A stretch of DNA of 63,369 nt, filler included, from Candidatus Tectimicrobiota bacterium (lineage in GTDB: Bacteria > JACPSX01), in NCBI GenBank assembly GCA_016193065.1. It is 7 parts of 7 records of this genome, joined end to end, with 100 filler letters (N's around TTAATTAATTAA, not from the genome) between each part and the next. Parts side by side here need not be neighbours in the genome. Positions count along the whole stretch, not along the records: positions 49,049 to 60,127 come from JACPSX010000142.1; positions 60,228 to 63,369 come from JACPSX010000143.1; 5 more parts are not named here. The stretch is one strand, 5' to 3'. Numbering within the stretch: position 1 is the first letter of the stretch; each line of letters starts with the position of its first letter. The position numbers were made by a program, and so were the translations under genes. The notes under the pieces are model-generated. The model saw nothing but the letters and a program-made list of their open reading frames with translations. It had not been told where the DNA came from and did no database searches. Below, in pieces: positions 49,197 to 60,954 of this stretch.

Positions 49197-51602
49197 TCAG
49201 CGCAGCTCGGCGCCGAGGTTTTCCTGCAGGCGGGCCAGGATCTCTTCCTGGATGAGGCGCACCTCCTCATCTGTCAAGGTTCTGTCCGGAGCCCGGAAGG
49301 TGAGAGAAAAGGCCAGACTCCGCTTCCCTGCGGGGAGTGGTCTCCCCTGAAAAACGTCGAAGAGAATCGCTTCCTCGAGGAAATCCCCGCCTGCCTTCTT
49401 GATCTGGTCGAGGACTTCCCCTGCGCTCCTGTGAGCGTCCACGACCACCGCCAGATCCCTTAAAACCGCCGGATAGCGGGGAAGAGAGGAAAAAACGGAG
49501 AGCCGCCTCGTTTTGCCCAGGCAGGGCTCCAGATCGATTTCCCACAACGCCACGGGCTGATGGATATCGAGCTCTTCCTGAAGGGCCGGAGCGAGGAGCC
49601 CACACACTCCGATCGGGCTCCCCTCCCACCGGACGACCGCGCTGTTGGCAAGGTCCAGAAATGGCACACCTCCCCGGGCAATCTCCAGCTCCCCATCCCC
49701 CATTTCCGCTCCGAGCATCTCCACGACCCCCTTGACGTCGTAGAAGTCGTTTTGACGCTTGAGGCCCTGCCAGAGGACCCGTTCATTGCGGACGGTCAGC
49801 GCACCGGCCAGAGTTAGGGGCTCCCGGGGCAAGTGACGAGAATCCTCGGCACCCAGAAAAACCCGGCCCAGTTCGAAAATCCTCAAGTTGTAGATGCGGC
49901 GGCTCACGTTTCGGGAGACGGTCTCCAAGAGACCGGGGACAAGGGTCGTCCGCATGACCCCCTGTTCACTGCTCAGAGGATTCCGCAGGCGGACCAGAGT
50001 CCGGCGGGGATCTTCCGGCAATATCCGCAGGCGATCCAGCCACCTTTCATCGATGAAACTGTAGGTAATCACCTCCCAGAACCCGCCCGCCTCCAGGGCG
50101 TTCCGAAGCTTTTCGCCGACCGCCTCGGTGGTCGGCCGGGGGGTCACCCGCATGGGGATCCTGGGGAGCGTGGAAGGAATCCGATTATATCCGTGCAGCC
50201 GGGCGACCTCCTCGATCAGGTCGATCTCGCGGGTCAGGTCCGGGCGAAAGGTGGGAACATGAACCTGAAGCCGGTCTTCGTCCGCTTCCTGACAGGAGAG
50301 TCCCAGGCGGTGCAGATAGCCTCCCACCGTTTTCCGATCAAGTGCCGTGCCCAGGACCCGGTTGGTCCTGCCCACCCGGAGATCGATCCGGCACGGCGCA
50401 ATGGGCCGCGGGTAGACGTCCAGGATTCCAGCGCAGACTTTCCCTGCGGCGATTTCCTGCAAGAGTCCGGCGGCGCGGTGGCTGGCCCAGGAAGCCATCT
50501 CGGGATCCGCCCCGCGCTCGAAGCGGTAGGAAGCTTCCGTGGACAGGCCCAGGCTCTTGGACGTACGGCGGATCCCCGTGGGCTGGAAATAGGCGCTCTC
50601 CAGCAAAACCCTCCTCGTTTCAGAGGTCACCTCGGAGTCCTTTCCTCCCATGATCCCGGCCAGAGCCACGGGGTCGCGAGCGTCGGCAATCACCAGCATC
50701 CCCGCACGCAAGGATCTGTCCACCCCGTCCAGAGTTCTCAAAACCTCACCGCTCCGGGCTTGTCGGACGATGATCCGCTCCTCGCGCAACCGCTCCATGT
50801 CAAACGCGTGCAGAGGATGACCCGTCTCCATCAAGACGTAGTTCGTGACATCGACCACATTGTTAATGGCCCGGATTCCGCAGGCACGCAGGCGGCGCTG
50901 GAGCCACAGCGGAGAAGGCGCCACCGAAACCCCCTGAATGACTCGAGCCGTGTAGCGGGGGCAGAGATCAGGGTCTGCAATGGAGACCGAAGTGAGAGTG
51001 TCAACCGCCGGGCCCAACTCCTCCACGGCATTGGGGGGCAGACATAGGACTCCTCCGGTCAGCGCGGCAACCTCACGTGCAACTCCCACCAGGCCCAGGC
51101 CGTCAGGTCGGTTGGGGGTCAAACTCAACTCCAGGATCACATCGTTGAGGCCCGCGGCCTCAACGAGGGGAGTACCGGCGGGAATCGAAGAGTTCAGGAT
51201 CAGGATTCCGTCGGCGTCATCCGCGATGCCCAGTTCGCCGGCGGAGCACAGCATGCCCCGGGACAACACCCCACGGATTTCCTGGAGTTCCACCCTGCTT
51301 CCGCCGGCGAGGCGGGCTCCCGGTGGAGCGAAGGCAGCCTTGATCCCGGATTCCACATTCGTCGCCCCGCAGACCACTTCCACGGTCTCCCTCCCCGTGT
51401 ACACCTGGCACAGCCAGAGGTGATCGGCCGCAGGGTGTTTGGTGACCAAGCACACCTCGGCGACTACGACCTGCTCCAGCCCTTCCCCTTCCCGGGTCAG
51501 GGATTCCACTTCCAGGCCCGCCATGGTCAGGACCTCGGCCAGATCCTCCGGGGAGAGATTGAAATCAACGTATTCCCTGAGCCACTGCGTGCTGACTTTC
51601 AT
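49197..51602 (-). CDS. pheT: Phenylalanine--tRNA ligase beta subunit
   Basis: TPNRPD, NNVVDVTNYV, RFERGAD, DLIEEVAR and FDX-ACB end. Confidence 0.98.
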   Translation of the reverse strand: MKVSTQWLREYVDFNLSPEDLAEVLTMAGLEVESLTREGEGLEQVVVAEVCLVTKHPAADHLWLCQVYTGRETVEVVCGATNVESGIKAAFAPPGARLAGGSRVELQEIRGVLSRGMLCSAGELGIADDADGILILNSSIPAGTPLVEAAGLNDVILELSLTPNRPDGLGLVGVAREVAALTGGVLCLPPNAVEELGPAVDTLTSVSIADPDLCPRYTARVIQGVSVAPSPLWLQRRLRACGIRAINNVVDVTNYVLMETGHPLHAFDMERLREERIIVRQARSGEVLRTLDGVDRSLRAGMLVIADARDPVALAGIMGGKDSEVTSETRRVLLESAYFQPTGIRRTSKSLGLSTEASYRFERGADPEMASWASHRAAGLLQEIAAGKVCAGILDVYPRPIAPCRIDLRVGRTNRVLGTALDRKTVGGYLHRLGLSCQEADEDRLQVHVPTFRPDLTREIDLIEEVARLHGYNRIPSTLPRIPMRVTPRPTTEAVGEKLRNALEAGGFWEVITYSFIDERWLDRLRILPEDPRRTLVRLRNPLSSEQGVMRTTLVPGLLETVSRNVSRRIYNLRIFELGRVFLGAEDSRHLPREPLTLAGALTVRNERVLWQGLKRQNDFYDVKGVVEMLGAEMGDGELEIARGGVPFLDLANSAVVRWEGSPIGVCGLLAPALQEELDIHQPVALWEIDLEPCLGKTRRLSVFSSLPRYPAVLRDLAVVVDAHRSAGEVLDQIKKAGGDFLEEAILFDVFQGRPLPAGKRSLAFSLTFRAPDRTLTDEEVRLIQEEILARLQENLGAELR

Positions 51603-51649
51603 GGATCACTCCGACACAGTTCATCCCCAGCCGGACAGGGATTCTTTCG

Positions 51650-52610
<961 letters not shown>

Positions 52611-52619
52611 TGCTCACAA

Positions 52620-52680
52620 CGCCCGGGTACCCGCCTTGCCGGGTACCCGCTTTGCCGGGTACCCGCCTCGCGGGTGCGCG
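52620..52680. repeat. Tandem GGGTACCCGC-type palindromic repeats
   Basis: Three units of cgggtacccgcyt(t/c)gc; related copies at ~5767-5790, ~5891 and ~57910-57932. Confidence 0.75.
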
Positions 52681-52779
52681 CCGAAAAAGACGCAACAAAA
52701 AAAGTTTACGGCTTCTCCTCCCCACACGGATAGGCCGTAAACTTTCGGCTGATTCATCGGATGCCTTCCACGCCGGCGT

Positions 52780-53139
52780 TCAGGCGGCGCGGGCCTCACG
52801 GATCTTGGCCACGATCTGGCCAAATGCCTCGGGATCACGCAAGGCAAGGTCAGCCAGGATTTTCCGGTCCAACTGGATCTGGGCCTTCTTCAGGCCGGCC
52901 ATAAAGGCGCTGTACGAAAGCCCGTTCTTCCTCGCCCCCGCATTTATCCGGACAATCCACAAAGACCGCATGTCCCGCTTGCGGGTCCGGCGATCCCGGT
53001 ACGCGTACTCACCGGCCTTCATGACCGCCTCTTTCGCCTTGCGGTAGGAGCGGCTGCGGGAGCCAAAGTACCCCTTGGCCTGCTTGAGGACTTTCTTGTG
53101 TCGCCTGCGGGTCGATGGCCCCCCTTTCACCCTGGGCAT
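52780..53139 (-). CDS. rplT: 50S ribosomal protein L20
   Basis: MPRVKGG, AKGYFG and LWIVRINA motifs. Confidence 0.98.
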   Translation of the reverse strand: MPRVKGGPSTRRRHKKVLKQAKGYFGSRSRSYRKAKEAVMKAGEYAYRDRRTRKRDMRSLWIVRINAGARKNGLSYSAFMAGLKKAQIQLDRKILADLALRDPEAFGQIVAKIREARAA

Positions 53140-53159
53140 TGCATACCTCCTCTTGAAAA

Positions 53160-53354
53160 CTAACGCGAAATCAACTGCTTGACTTTCTTCTGATCAGCCT
53201 TGGAAACCAGGCCTCCCCGCCGGAGGTGGCGCTTCCGTTTGGTCGTTTTCGAGGTCAAGATGTGGCGGGTAAGTGCCTTCTTGCGTTTCACTTTTCCGGT
53301 TGCCGTCAGCTTAAATCGTTTGGCGGCCCCCTTATTCGTCTTCAACTTCGGCAC
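53160..53354 (-). CDS. rpmI: 50S ribosomal protein L35
   Basis: [17 protein letters not shown]. Confidence 0.97.
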   Translation of the reverse strand: MPKLKTNKGAAKRFKLTATGKVKRKKALTRHILTSKTTKRKRHLRRGGLVSKADQKKVKQLISR

Positions 53355-53481
53355 GGCGTTCTTCTCCTGCCTGCCCCCTAGTGCCGTTCCAACTATCTCA
53401 GGCTACGTTTCCGGCTCACGTGGTTCGTACTTTTGCTGCCAGGCAGATCGCTCAAACCAGGCAGATCAAGTTGGAACGGCA

Positions 53482-53994
53482 CTAGGAGGACTTAGGCATT
53501 AAAATCATGGTCAGGTTGCGACCTTCCATCTTCGGTGGTTGCTCTACGACCCCGATATCCTTCACGTCTTCGATGAGGCGGGTCAAGAGGTTTTCTCCCA
53601 GGAAGCTGTGCTCCATCTCCCGGCCTCTGAACATGATGGTCACCTTGGCCTTGTTTCCTTCCTCCAGGAAGCGCTTGACATGCCGGGCCTTGAATTGGTA
53701 ATCATGTTCCTCCGTCTTGGGCCGCATTTTCACCTCTTTGACCTGCACCACCTTTTGCTTCTTCTTGGACTCCTGGAATTTCTTACTCTGCGTGTACTTG
53801 AACTTACCATAGTCCATGATTCGGCAGACAGGAGGATCCGATTCGGGCGCCACCTCCACGAGGTCCAACCCTTCCTCCTGGGCCAGAGCCAGGGCTTCCT
53901 CGATCTGGATGATCCCCTTCTGGCTGCCGTCAGAGGCGATGACTCGCACCTGTTTTTCTCGAATCATTTCGTTGATTCGCAGATTCTTCGCGAT
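53482..53994 (-). CDS. infC: Translation initiation factor IF-3 (non-canonical ATC start)
   Basis: LRINEMIR, LDLVEVAP and PPVCRIMDYGKF; the conserved RINE lies upstream of the first ATG; ATC at 53994 follows a GGGGGTGA RBS. Confidence 0.95.
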   Translation of the reverse strand: MAKNLRINEMIREKQVRVIASDGSQKGIIQIEEALALAQEEGLDLVEVAPESDPPVCRIMDYGKFKYTQSKKFQESKKKQKVVQVKEVKMRPKTEEHDYQFKARHVKRFLEEGNKAKVTIMFRGREMEHSFLGENLLTRLIEDVKDIGVVEQPPKMEGRNLTMILMPKSS

Positions 53995-54055
53995 TGCCTA
54001 TCACCCCCTTTGAAATGAATTCCCCCGCCATCGGCGCATGGGAAGAGACACAGAA

Positions 54056-55975
54056 TCAGGACTGGGGTTCCGCCTCTTTCTTGATCCGCTCGATGAGCTG
54101 CGCCACGGACATCGGGCCCAGATCTCCCTGGGCCCTCTCGCGGACCGCCACCATACCCGACTCAACCTCCCGGTTGCCGATGACCAGCATGTAGGGAACC
54201 TTGTTTTGCTGGGCCTCCCGGATCTTGTAGCCGATCTTTTCGTTCCGGAAATCCCCCCCGGCCCGCAGTCCACTCTCCCGCAAGGAAGCCAGCACCCCCT
54301 CCCCGTACGGGACGTGCGCATCCGTAATCGAGAGAACCACGGCCTGGACCGGGGCCAACCAGACCGGGAAGGCTCCTCCGTAGTGCTCGATGAGAACTCC
54401 CAGGAACCGTTCCAGGGATCCCAACAAGGCCCGGTGAATCATGATGGGACGCTGGTAGGATCCGTCACTGGCCACGTAAGAGAGATCAAAGCGCTGGGGC
54501 AGATTGAAGTCCACCTGAATCGTGCTGCACTGCCAGGTACGGCGCAGAGCGTCGCGGATCTTTATATCGATCTTGGGGCCGTAAAAGACCCCTTCCCCGG
54601 AGTCGACTTCAAACGGCAGCCCTTTTTTCTCCAGCGCGGCTCTCAAAGCCGAGGTGGCCTTCTCCCAGTCCTCGTCGGATCCCACGGACTTCTCCGGGCG
54701 GGTGCTCAGGTAGATCGCGTACTCCGAAAACCCAAAGGCCTTGAGCACCCTCACGTTGAGATCGAGGATCCTAAGAATCTCTTCTTCCAGGTGATCCGGG
54801 CGGCAGAAGATATGGGCGTCATCCTGGGTAAACCCCCGCACCCGCATGAGACCGTGGAGCACACCCGACTTCTCGTAGCGATACACGGTCCCCAGCTCGG
54901 CCCAGCGGATGGGAAGATCCCGATAGCTGCGCAGCTTCTGCTTGTACATCAAAATGTGGAAGGGACAATTCATGGGTTTGACCACGAACTTCTGCCCGTC
55001 CAGATCCATGGGAGAGAACATGTTCTCCCGGTAAAACTCCCAGTGTCCCGAACACTCCCACAGGTTCACCCGGGCCAGATGAGGGGTAAACACCATATCG
55101 TAGCCCGAGCGGTAGTGAATCTGGCGCCAAAAATCTTCCAAGGTAACCCGCAGTCTGGCCCCCTTGGGGTGCCAGAAGACCAGACCCGGCCCCGCTTCTT
55201 CCTGAATACTGTAGAGGTCCAGCTCCGGCCCCAGCTTCCGGTGATCCCGCTTGCGGGCCTCCTCGATCCGCCGCAGGTGTTCCTCCAGAAGCTGGCGGCT
55301 CTCGAAGGAGGTGCCGTAAATGCGCTGCAGCATCTTGTTGCGCTCATCGCCGCGCCAGTACGCGCCCGCGATCCCGGTCAGCTTGAAGGCAGCGATCCTC
55401 TTCGTGGAGGGAACGTGGGGCCCCCGGCACAAATCCACGAAGTCCCCCTGCTCGTAAATGCTGACCGTCCCGTCCGAAATCTCCTCCAGCATCTCCACCT
55501 TGTAATCCTCGCCCTGCCGGCGAAAGAGCTCTTTGGCTTCCTCCCGGCTCAACTCCCGACGCCGGACTTTCAAATCGGCGTTGATGATTTCCTGCATCAT
55601 CTTCTCGATGGCCTGCAGGTGCTCGGGAGTAAAACTCACCGGTGCATCGAAGTCGTAGTAGAAACCATCCTCAATCGCCGGGCCGATGGTGATTTTTGTG
55701 CCTGGATAGAGGGCCTTTACGGCCTGAGCCATGATATGGGAAGTGCTGTGGCGGAAGATCTCCCGCCCTTCCGGGCTCCCCGGATAGACCGGCTCCAGGA
55801 TTGCATCCTCCTGCAAGGGAAAGCTCAGATCCACCAGACGCCCGTTCACTCGGGCCGCCACGGGTCGCTGGCTCGTCTCCCCTTCCAAAGCAGCGAGAAC
55901 CTCCCCTACCGGCGTCCCCGCCGGCCAGGTTTTCCGCTGACTTCCCCCCACCGTGAGGTGAATCTCGTTGGCCAT
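54056..55975 (-). CDS. thrS: Threonine--tRNA ligase
   Basis: DLCRGPHV, RDHRKLG, KPMNCP and FYGPKID motifs. Confidence 0.98.
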   Translation of the reverse strand: MANEIHLTVGGSQRKTWPAGTPVGEVLAALEGETSQRPVAARVNGRLVDLSFPLQEDAILEPVYPGSPEGREIFRHSTSHIMAQAVKALYPGTKITIGPAIEDGFYYDFDAPVSFTPEHLQAIEKMMQEIINADLKVRRRELSREEAKELFRRQGEDYKVEMLEEISDGTVSIYEQGDFVDLCRGPHVPSTKRIAAFKLTGIAGAYWRGDERNKMLQRIYGTSFESRQLLEEHLRRIEEARKRDHRKLGPELDLYSIQEEAGPGLVFWHPKGARLRVTLEDFWRQIHYRSGYDMVFTPHLARVNLWECSGHWEFYRENMFSPMDLDGQKFVVKPMNCPFHILMYKQKLRSYRDLPIRWAELGTVYRYEKSGVLHGLMRVRGFTQDDAHIFCRPDHLEEEILRILDLNVRVLKAFGFSEYAIYLSTRPEKSVGSDEDWEKATSALRAALEKKGLPFEVDSGEGVFYGPKIDIKIRDALRRTWQCSTIQVDFNLPQRFDLSYVASDGSYQRPIMIHRALLGSLERFLGVLIEHYGGAFPVWLAPVQAVVLSITDAHVPYGEGVLASLRESGLRAGGDFRNEKIGYKIREAQQNKVPYMLVIGNREVESGMVAVRERAQGDLGPMSVAQLIERIKKEAEPQS

Positions 55976-56045
55976 TGACTCCCAACTAGAACCCGGGAAA
56001 AAATAAGGGCCGAACAGCTCGACCCTCCCGGGAACTCTTTGAAAA

Positions 56046-56120
56046 TGGTAGGCACGGGCGGTTTCGAACCGCCGACCTCTTGCGCGTCAAGCAAGCGCTC
56101 TCCCCCTGAGCTACGTGCCT
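56046..56120 (-). tRNA. tRNA-Val(GAC)
   Basis: AGGCACGTAGCTCAGGGGGAGAGCGCTTGCTT-GAC-GCGCAAGAGGTCGGCGGTTCGAAACCGCCCGTGCCTACCA folds as a complete cloverleaf with CCA. Confidence 0.97.
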
Positions 56121-56188
56121 TTTCCAATTTCCCGATCCATTATATAGTAAGCCTCCGGGTTCAAAGTCAAGGGGAAAAGCCTTTTCTT

Positions 56189-56617
56189 TCAGAGGCCTTT
56201 TTCCTCGATAAGCTCGGTGAGGACCCCCCCCGTGCTGCGCGGGTGCAGGAATGCGACCGAGGCCCCTTCTCCCCCTGGACGCGGGACCTGGTCGATCAAT
56301 TCCATTTCCTGGCGGCGGCACAGATCCAGGGACCGCCCGAGATCCTCCACGGCATAGGCGAGGTGATGCATCCCTTCCCCTCGTTTGCTTAAAAAACGGG
56401 CAACCCCGGAGTTCGGGTCCAGAGGCTGGATGAGTTCCAGGCGGGTTCCCCCCAAAGGGAAATAAGCAATCCGAACCCCGGCCCCCGGAAGCTCTTCCAC
56501 GTGGGACAGGGACAAACCCAGCCGAGCCTGATACCGGCCAATAGCCTCCTCAAGGTCTCGCACCACAATCCCGATGTGGTGCAACCTCTTGATTCCAATT
56601 CCTTCAGACCCAGCCAT
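56189..56617 (-). CDS. mce: Methylmalonyl-CoA epimerase (VOC family)
   Basis: HIGIVV, LELIQP, GEGMHHLAY and AFLHPRSTGGVLTEL motifs. Confidence 0.88.
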   Translation of the reverse strand: MAGSEGIGIKRLHHIGIVVRDLEEAIGRYQARLGLSLSHVEELPGAGVRIAYFPLGGTRLELIQPLDPNSGVARFLSKRGEGMHHLAYAVEDLGRSLDLCRRQEMELIDQVPRPGGEGASVAFLHPRSTGGVLTELIEEKGL

Positions 56618-56638
56618 GGCGCGAGCAACTCCCCGGAT

Positions 56639-57880
56639 TCAACTGGCTTGCTTTTCATAGACCATAATGGGCTTTTCCCGGCTGGACACCACGTCTTCGT
56701 TAATGACGCATTCCCGGATGTTGCTCTGGGAGGGGAGTTCATACATGGTTTCCAGCATGATCTCTTCCAGGATGGCCCGCAGGCCCCGCGCCCCGGTCTT
56801 TCTCTTCATCGCTTCTCGGGCAATGGCTTTCAGAGACGTTTCCGTGAAGCGGAGCTTGACTCGCTCGAACTCGAAAAACTTCTGATATTGCTTTACCAAG
56901 GCATTTTTCGGCTCGACGAGGATGCGGATCATCGCCTCTTCATCCAGATCGGTGAGCGTGGCGATCACGGGCAAGCGCCCGACAAACTCGGGGATGAGCC
57001 CGTACTTGAGCAGGTCCTCGGGCTGGACATAGCTCAGAATTTCCCCCGTGGACTGCTCTTTGGAGGACTGCAGGTCAACCCCGAAGCCCATGGCCTTGCG
57101 GCCGATCCGGTTCTCGATGATCTTTTCCAGACCCACGAAGGCTCCGCCGCAGAGAAAGAGGATGTTGGTCGTGTCGATCTGCAGGAATTCCTGGTGGGGG
57201 TGCTTACGCCCTCCCTGGGGGGGAACATTGGCGATCGTCCCTTCGATGATCTTCAACAAGGCCTGCTGCACGCCCTCGCCGGAGACGTCCCGGGTGATCG
57301 ATGGATTCTCGGACTTGCGGCTGATCTTGTCGATCTCATCAATGTACACGATGCCCCGCTCGGTTTTCTCCACGTCATAATCGGCGGCCTGCAAGAGCCG
57401 CAAGATAATGTTCTCCACGTCCTCTCCGACGTAACCGGCCTCGGTCAGCGTCGTCGCATCCACGATCGTGAAGGGGACCTCCAGGATGCGGGCCAGGGTT
57501 TGGGCCAAAAGGGTCTTTCCCGACCCCGTGGGACCGATGAGCAGAATGTTGCTCTTCTGGAGCTCCACTTCCCCCATCTCCACGTTGGCATCGATTCTCT
57601 TGTAGTGGTTGTGCACGGCGACGGACAGGATCTTCTTGGCGCGCTCCTGGCCGATCACGTAATCATCGAGAACCCTCTTGAGCTCCTTGGGCTTGAGCAG
57701 GCGGCGGAATTCGGCGCTCTTCTCCTGAGTCCACTCCTCGACCATGATGTCGTTGCACAGGTCCACGCACTCATCGCAGATGTACACCATGGGGCCCGCA
57801 ATCAACCTGCGGACCTCGTCCTGGGTCTTCCCACAAAACGAGCACTTCAAGTTCTCGCCCCCACCGCTCTTGCGCACCAT
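56639..57880 (-). CDS. clpX: ATP-dependent Clp protease ATPase ClpX
   Basis: CSFCGK zinc finger, GPTGSGKT and [16 protein letters not shown]. Confidence 0.98.
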   Translation of the reverse strand: MVRKSGGGENLKCSFCGKTQDEVRRLIAGPMVYICDECVDLCNDIMVEEWTQEKSAEFRRLLKPKELKRVLDDYVIGQERAKKILSVAVHNHYKRIDANVEMGEVELQKSNILLIGPTGSGKTLLAQTLARILEVPFTIVDATTLTEAGYVGEDVENIILRLLQAADYDVEKTERGIVYIDEIDKISRKSENPSITRDVSGEGVQQALLKIIEGTIANVPPQGGRKHPHQEFLQIDTTNILFLCGGAFVGLEKIIENRIGRKAMGFGVDLQSSKEQSTGEILSYVQPEDLLKYGLIPEFVGRLPVIATLTDLDEEAMIRILVEPKNALVKQYQKFFEFERVKLRFTETSLKAIAREAMKRKTGARGLRAILEEIMLETMYELPSQSNIRECVINEDVVSSREKPIMVYEKQAS

Positions 57881-57965
57881 ATATCGCCCCCTTCCGCAAG
57901 CCAATCGAGCCCGGGTACCCGCCTGGCGGGTGTCCGACCCGCAGGAAAGACAGAATCGAACATCC

Positions 57966-58571
57966 CTATGGCTTCGGTTTCACCTGATTGCGGGAGATAA
58001 TCACATCATCCACGATGCCGTATTCTTTCGCCTGCAGGCCCGACATGAAATAATCCCGGTCCGTATCCGCCTTGATCCGCTCCAGGGGTTGCCCGGTGTG
58101 TTTGACCATGATGTTTTCAAGGGTTTCCCGCACGCGCAGAATCTCTTTGGCCTGGATGTCGATGTCCGTCGCCTGCCCCTGCACTCCCCCCAGAGGCTGG
58201 TGGATCAAAATCCGGGCGTGGGGGAGGGCAAAACGCTTCCCTTTCGCGCCCGCAGCCAGCAGCAGGGCTCCCATGCTCGCCGCTTGTCCTACGCAGATTG
58301 TCTGGACATCGGGCCTAATATACTGGATCGTGTCGTAAATAGCCAGCCCGGAAGTCACCATGCCCCCGGGGCTGTTGACATAGAGATAGATGTCCCGATC
58401 GGGGTCCTCCGCTTCCAGGAACAGGAGCTGGGCAATAATGAGGTTCGAGATCAGATCGTCAATGGCGGAGCCGAGGAACACAATACGGTCCTTGAGGAGG
58501 CGGGAATAGATGTCGTAGGCCCGCTCTCCCCTGGGGGTTTGCTCCACTACAATGGGGACCAAGGTCGTCAT
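57966..58571 (-). CDS. clpP: Clp protease proteolytic subunit
   Basis: [18 protein letters not shown] and IHQPLGG motifs. Confidence 0.98.
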   Translation of the reverse strand: MTTLVPIVVEQTPRGERAYDIYSRLLKDRIVFLGSAIDDLISNLIIAQLLFLEAEDPDRDIYLYVNSPGGMVTSGLAIYDTIQYIRPDVQTICVGQAASMGALLLAAGAKGKRFALPHARILIHQPLGGVQGQATDIDIQAKEILRVRETLENIMVKHTGQPLERIKADTDRDYFMSGLQAKEYGIVDDVIISRNQVKPKP

Positions 58572-58591
58572 GGACTACTCCCGGTTAATGG

Positions 58592-59887
58592 TTAAGCTTT
58601 CTGAATCTCATCCTGAATCGTGAGTTTACCTAACAAGGCGTCCCATGTCTTCCTTCTTTTCAGGCTGTCTTTGAGTTGCTCCAGGGCTCGATTTTTGGCC
58701 AGGGCGTTGCGCACCGCTTCCACGCTTTGCCGGCTCCGGGACGCTAACTGCTCGATCTCCTTTTCTACTTCCTCATCCGAGACCGCAATTCCCTCCATCT
58801 CGGCCAGCCGCTCCAGGATCAACTCCCCTTTGACCCGGCGGGTTGCCTGCTCACGGAAGCGCCGGGACCATTCTTCCTGATCCTCCGGCGCGACCGGCAT
58901 CTGGACGCCTTTGGCTTTGAGGTTCTGCTCAAATTCGCGAGCCAGGGCCCGGGTCTCTTCTTCCACCAGAATCGCAGGCACCTCAATGGGGTTCATCTCG
59001 ATGAGCCGATCCAGGATCTCCTCCTGCAACACCGCCTGGGCCTGCCGGTCCGCCTCCCGCTGCAAGGATTCCTGCAGTTTTGCCCGCAATTCGGCCAGAG
59101 AATTAAATTCTCCTTCCACCGCCCTGGCAAACTCGTCATTGATCTCCGGGAGATGCTTCTTCTTTAACTCCTTGACCACAAGCGAGAAAACCGCCGTCTT
59201 TCCAGCCAGATCCCGATTGTGATAATCCACGGGGTAGGTGACCGACACCTCCATCGCGTCCCCTTTCCGGCTGCCCACAAGACGATTCTCAAACTCGGGC
59301 AGCAAGGTCCCTGAGCCCACGACCAAAGGGAAATTTTCCCCTTTCCCCTTTTCCATCGGCTCGCCGTCCACCTTGCCGTGAAAATCGATGACCACGTAAT
59401 CCCCCTCGCTCGTCCTACCTTCGGGAACGTCCACGAACTCAGCATGACGATCCTGAAGTCTGGCGAGGGCCTCGTCGATCTGGGCCTCTCCAATCAGCGG
59501 TTTTTTGCGGGCAAAAGATAACCCCTCGAAACCGTGCACTTCAACCCGGGGGAGAACTTCCACCTCCGCCGTGTACTGAATCGGTTTTTCAAGGTTCAGT
59601 TGAACGGGGTTCACTTTCGGCCGGCCCAGGATCGGCAAAGACCTCTCCTGCACCACCTTTTGCAAAGTCTCCGGAATAATCTTCTCGAGCACGTCCCGCT
59701 CCACCTCTTTGCGATAATACTGCTCGAGGATCTTGCGCGGGACTTTTCCCGGACGGAAGCCCGCCACCTTGGCCCTGCGCCCGAGTTCCCGGTAGGCTTC
59801 CTCCAGGCGCTCCCGTACGTCTTCCACGGGAACTTCGACGCTCAAGCGTCTCAAACAAGAGCTAACTTCCTCAACCTCAACTTTCAT
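58592..59887 (-). CDS. tig: Trigger factor
   Basis: GFRPGKVP signature and FKBP domain; tig-clpP-clpX order. Confidence 0.97.
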   Translation of the reverse strand: MKVEVEEVSSCLRRLSVEVPVEDVRERLEEAYRELGRRAKVAGFRPGKVPRKILEQYYRKEVERDVLEKIIPETLQKVVQERSLPILGRPKVNPVQLNLEKPIQYTAEVEVLPRVEVHGFEGLSFARKKPLIGEAQIDEALARLQDRHAEFVDVPEGRTSEGDYVVIDFHGKVDGEPMEKGKGENFPLVVGSGTLLPEFENRLVGSRKGDAMEVSVTYPVDYHNRDLAGKTAVFSLVVKELKKKHLPEINDEFARAVEGEFNSLAELRAKLQESLQREADRQAQAVLQEEILDRLIEMNPIEVPAILVEEETRALAREFEQNLKAKGVQMPVAPEDQEEWSRRFREQATRRVKGELILERLAEMEGIAVSDEEVEKEIEQLASRSRQSVEAVRNALAKNRALEQLKDSLKRRKTWDALLGKLTIQDEIQKA

Positions 59888-59944
59888 TCAGTCTCCCAAA
59901 GGTGCAGTGAACAAAAAAAGGGTCGGAAAACCCCGGCTGGAATT

Positions 59945-59998
59945 TGGTGCGAGAGGGGGGATTCGAACCCCCACGGTTGCCCACTGGATCCTAAGTCC
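59945..59998 (-). other. 3' half of tRNA-Leu(TAG); probable att site of an integrated element
   Basis: GGACT-TAG-GATCCAGTGGGCAACCGTGGGGGTTCGAATCCCCCCTCTCGCACCA; D-arm and 5' acceptor strand absent. Confidence 0.85.
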
Positions 59999-60127
59999 GT
60001 ACCCCCCATCCGAGTGCCCCATAGTACCACATCTATCCCCATGAAGAAAGGGAGATTAGCTCTAGACCCATTGGAGCAAATTGGGGCCGATCCGGGGTGG
60101 TTCTCGGACAATTCTCGGGCAGTTCCA

Positions 60128-60227
60128 NNNNNNNNNNNNNNNNNNNNNNNNNNNNNNNNNNNNNNNNNNNNTTAATTAATTAANNNNNNNNNNNNNNNNN
60201 NNNNNNNNNNNNNNNNNNNNNNNNNNN
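60128..60227. other. Artificial contig spacer
   Basis: N44-TTAATTAATTAA-N44. Confidence 0.97.
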
Positions 60228-60786
60228 CCTTGGTCAAAGCCTCCGGGGGCTCAGAGGATCGTTTCAGGGGGAGATCCTTTTCGGCCGGAGGGGTTGGGAT
60301 TGCCGGGGTGGAGGTGACTCCAGGGGGTTGTGCCTTTTCGGGCGCTTGTGGTTTGGTCACAGGCGGGAGAGATTCAGCCGGTGTGGGAGCCTCCGCGGGA
60401 ACGTTCAAACCCTTTGTTGGTGCAGCGGGGCTGGAGGGTAAGGGGGAGAGAAGCTTTGCAGCCAATTCAAGAGGCTGCGAGCGGAATTCTCGATCGGGAG
60501 TTTTCGGGGACATCTTGGGCTGGGAAGGGACCCCGGTTCCAAGAGAGGGTGCTGATCTGGGCCGGGAAGTTTCAGGGATTCCGGAGGGGACGGCTGGAAG
60601 TTCCACGATACGGATCCGTCCCGGGATCTTTGCCGGTTGGGGACTGGTACGAACCAGAATTAAAGAAAACAAAATCGCACCATGGAAGAGGAAGGAAAAG
60701 AGCAGGAAATACGCCCACCGGGAGGGTCTTGTTTCGACCGAGGAAGTCACGGCTTCGACCCCGTAAGATTCTGAAACTGTTTTCAT
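60228..60786 (-). CDS. Proline-rich single-TM protein, TonB-like (partial)
   Basis: SFLFHG TM motif (SxxxH) followed by a Pro-rich linker. Confidence 0.65.
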
Positions 60787-60954
60787 TCCTGGAAGAAGGG
60801 TAGCACAGGGAGGGTGTCCTCGCAATGACAATCCTGCAGCTCAGGAACCCCCGAAAGGGCGGCTGACCATGGCGAGTTCCAAACGGCATCCTTCTCTGTG
60901 AGGGCTGGAAGGAATTTCCCGAAGAAGTGATTCTTGTGAAGACACGATTCCGGT

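Noticed and set aside
59945-59998. Functional tRNA-Leu
   Set aside because: The 5' acceptor strand and D-arm are absent.
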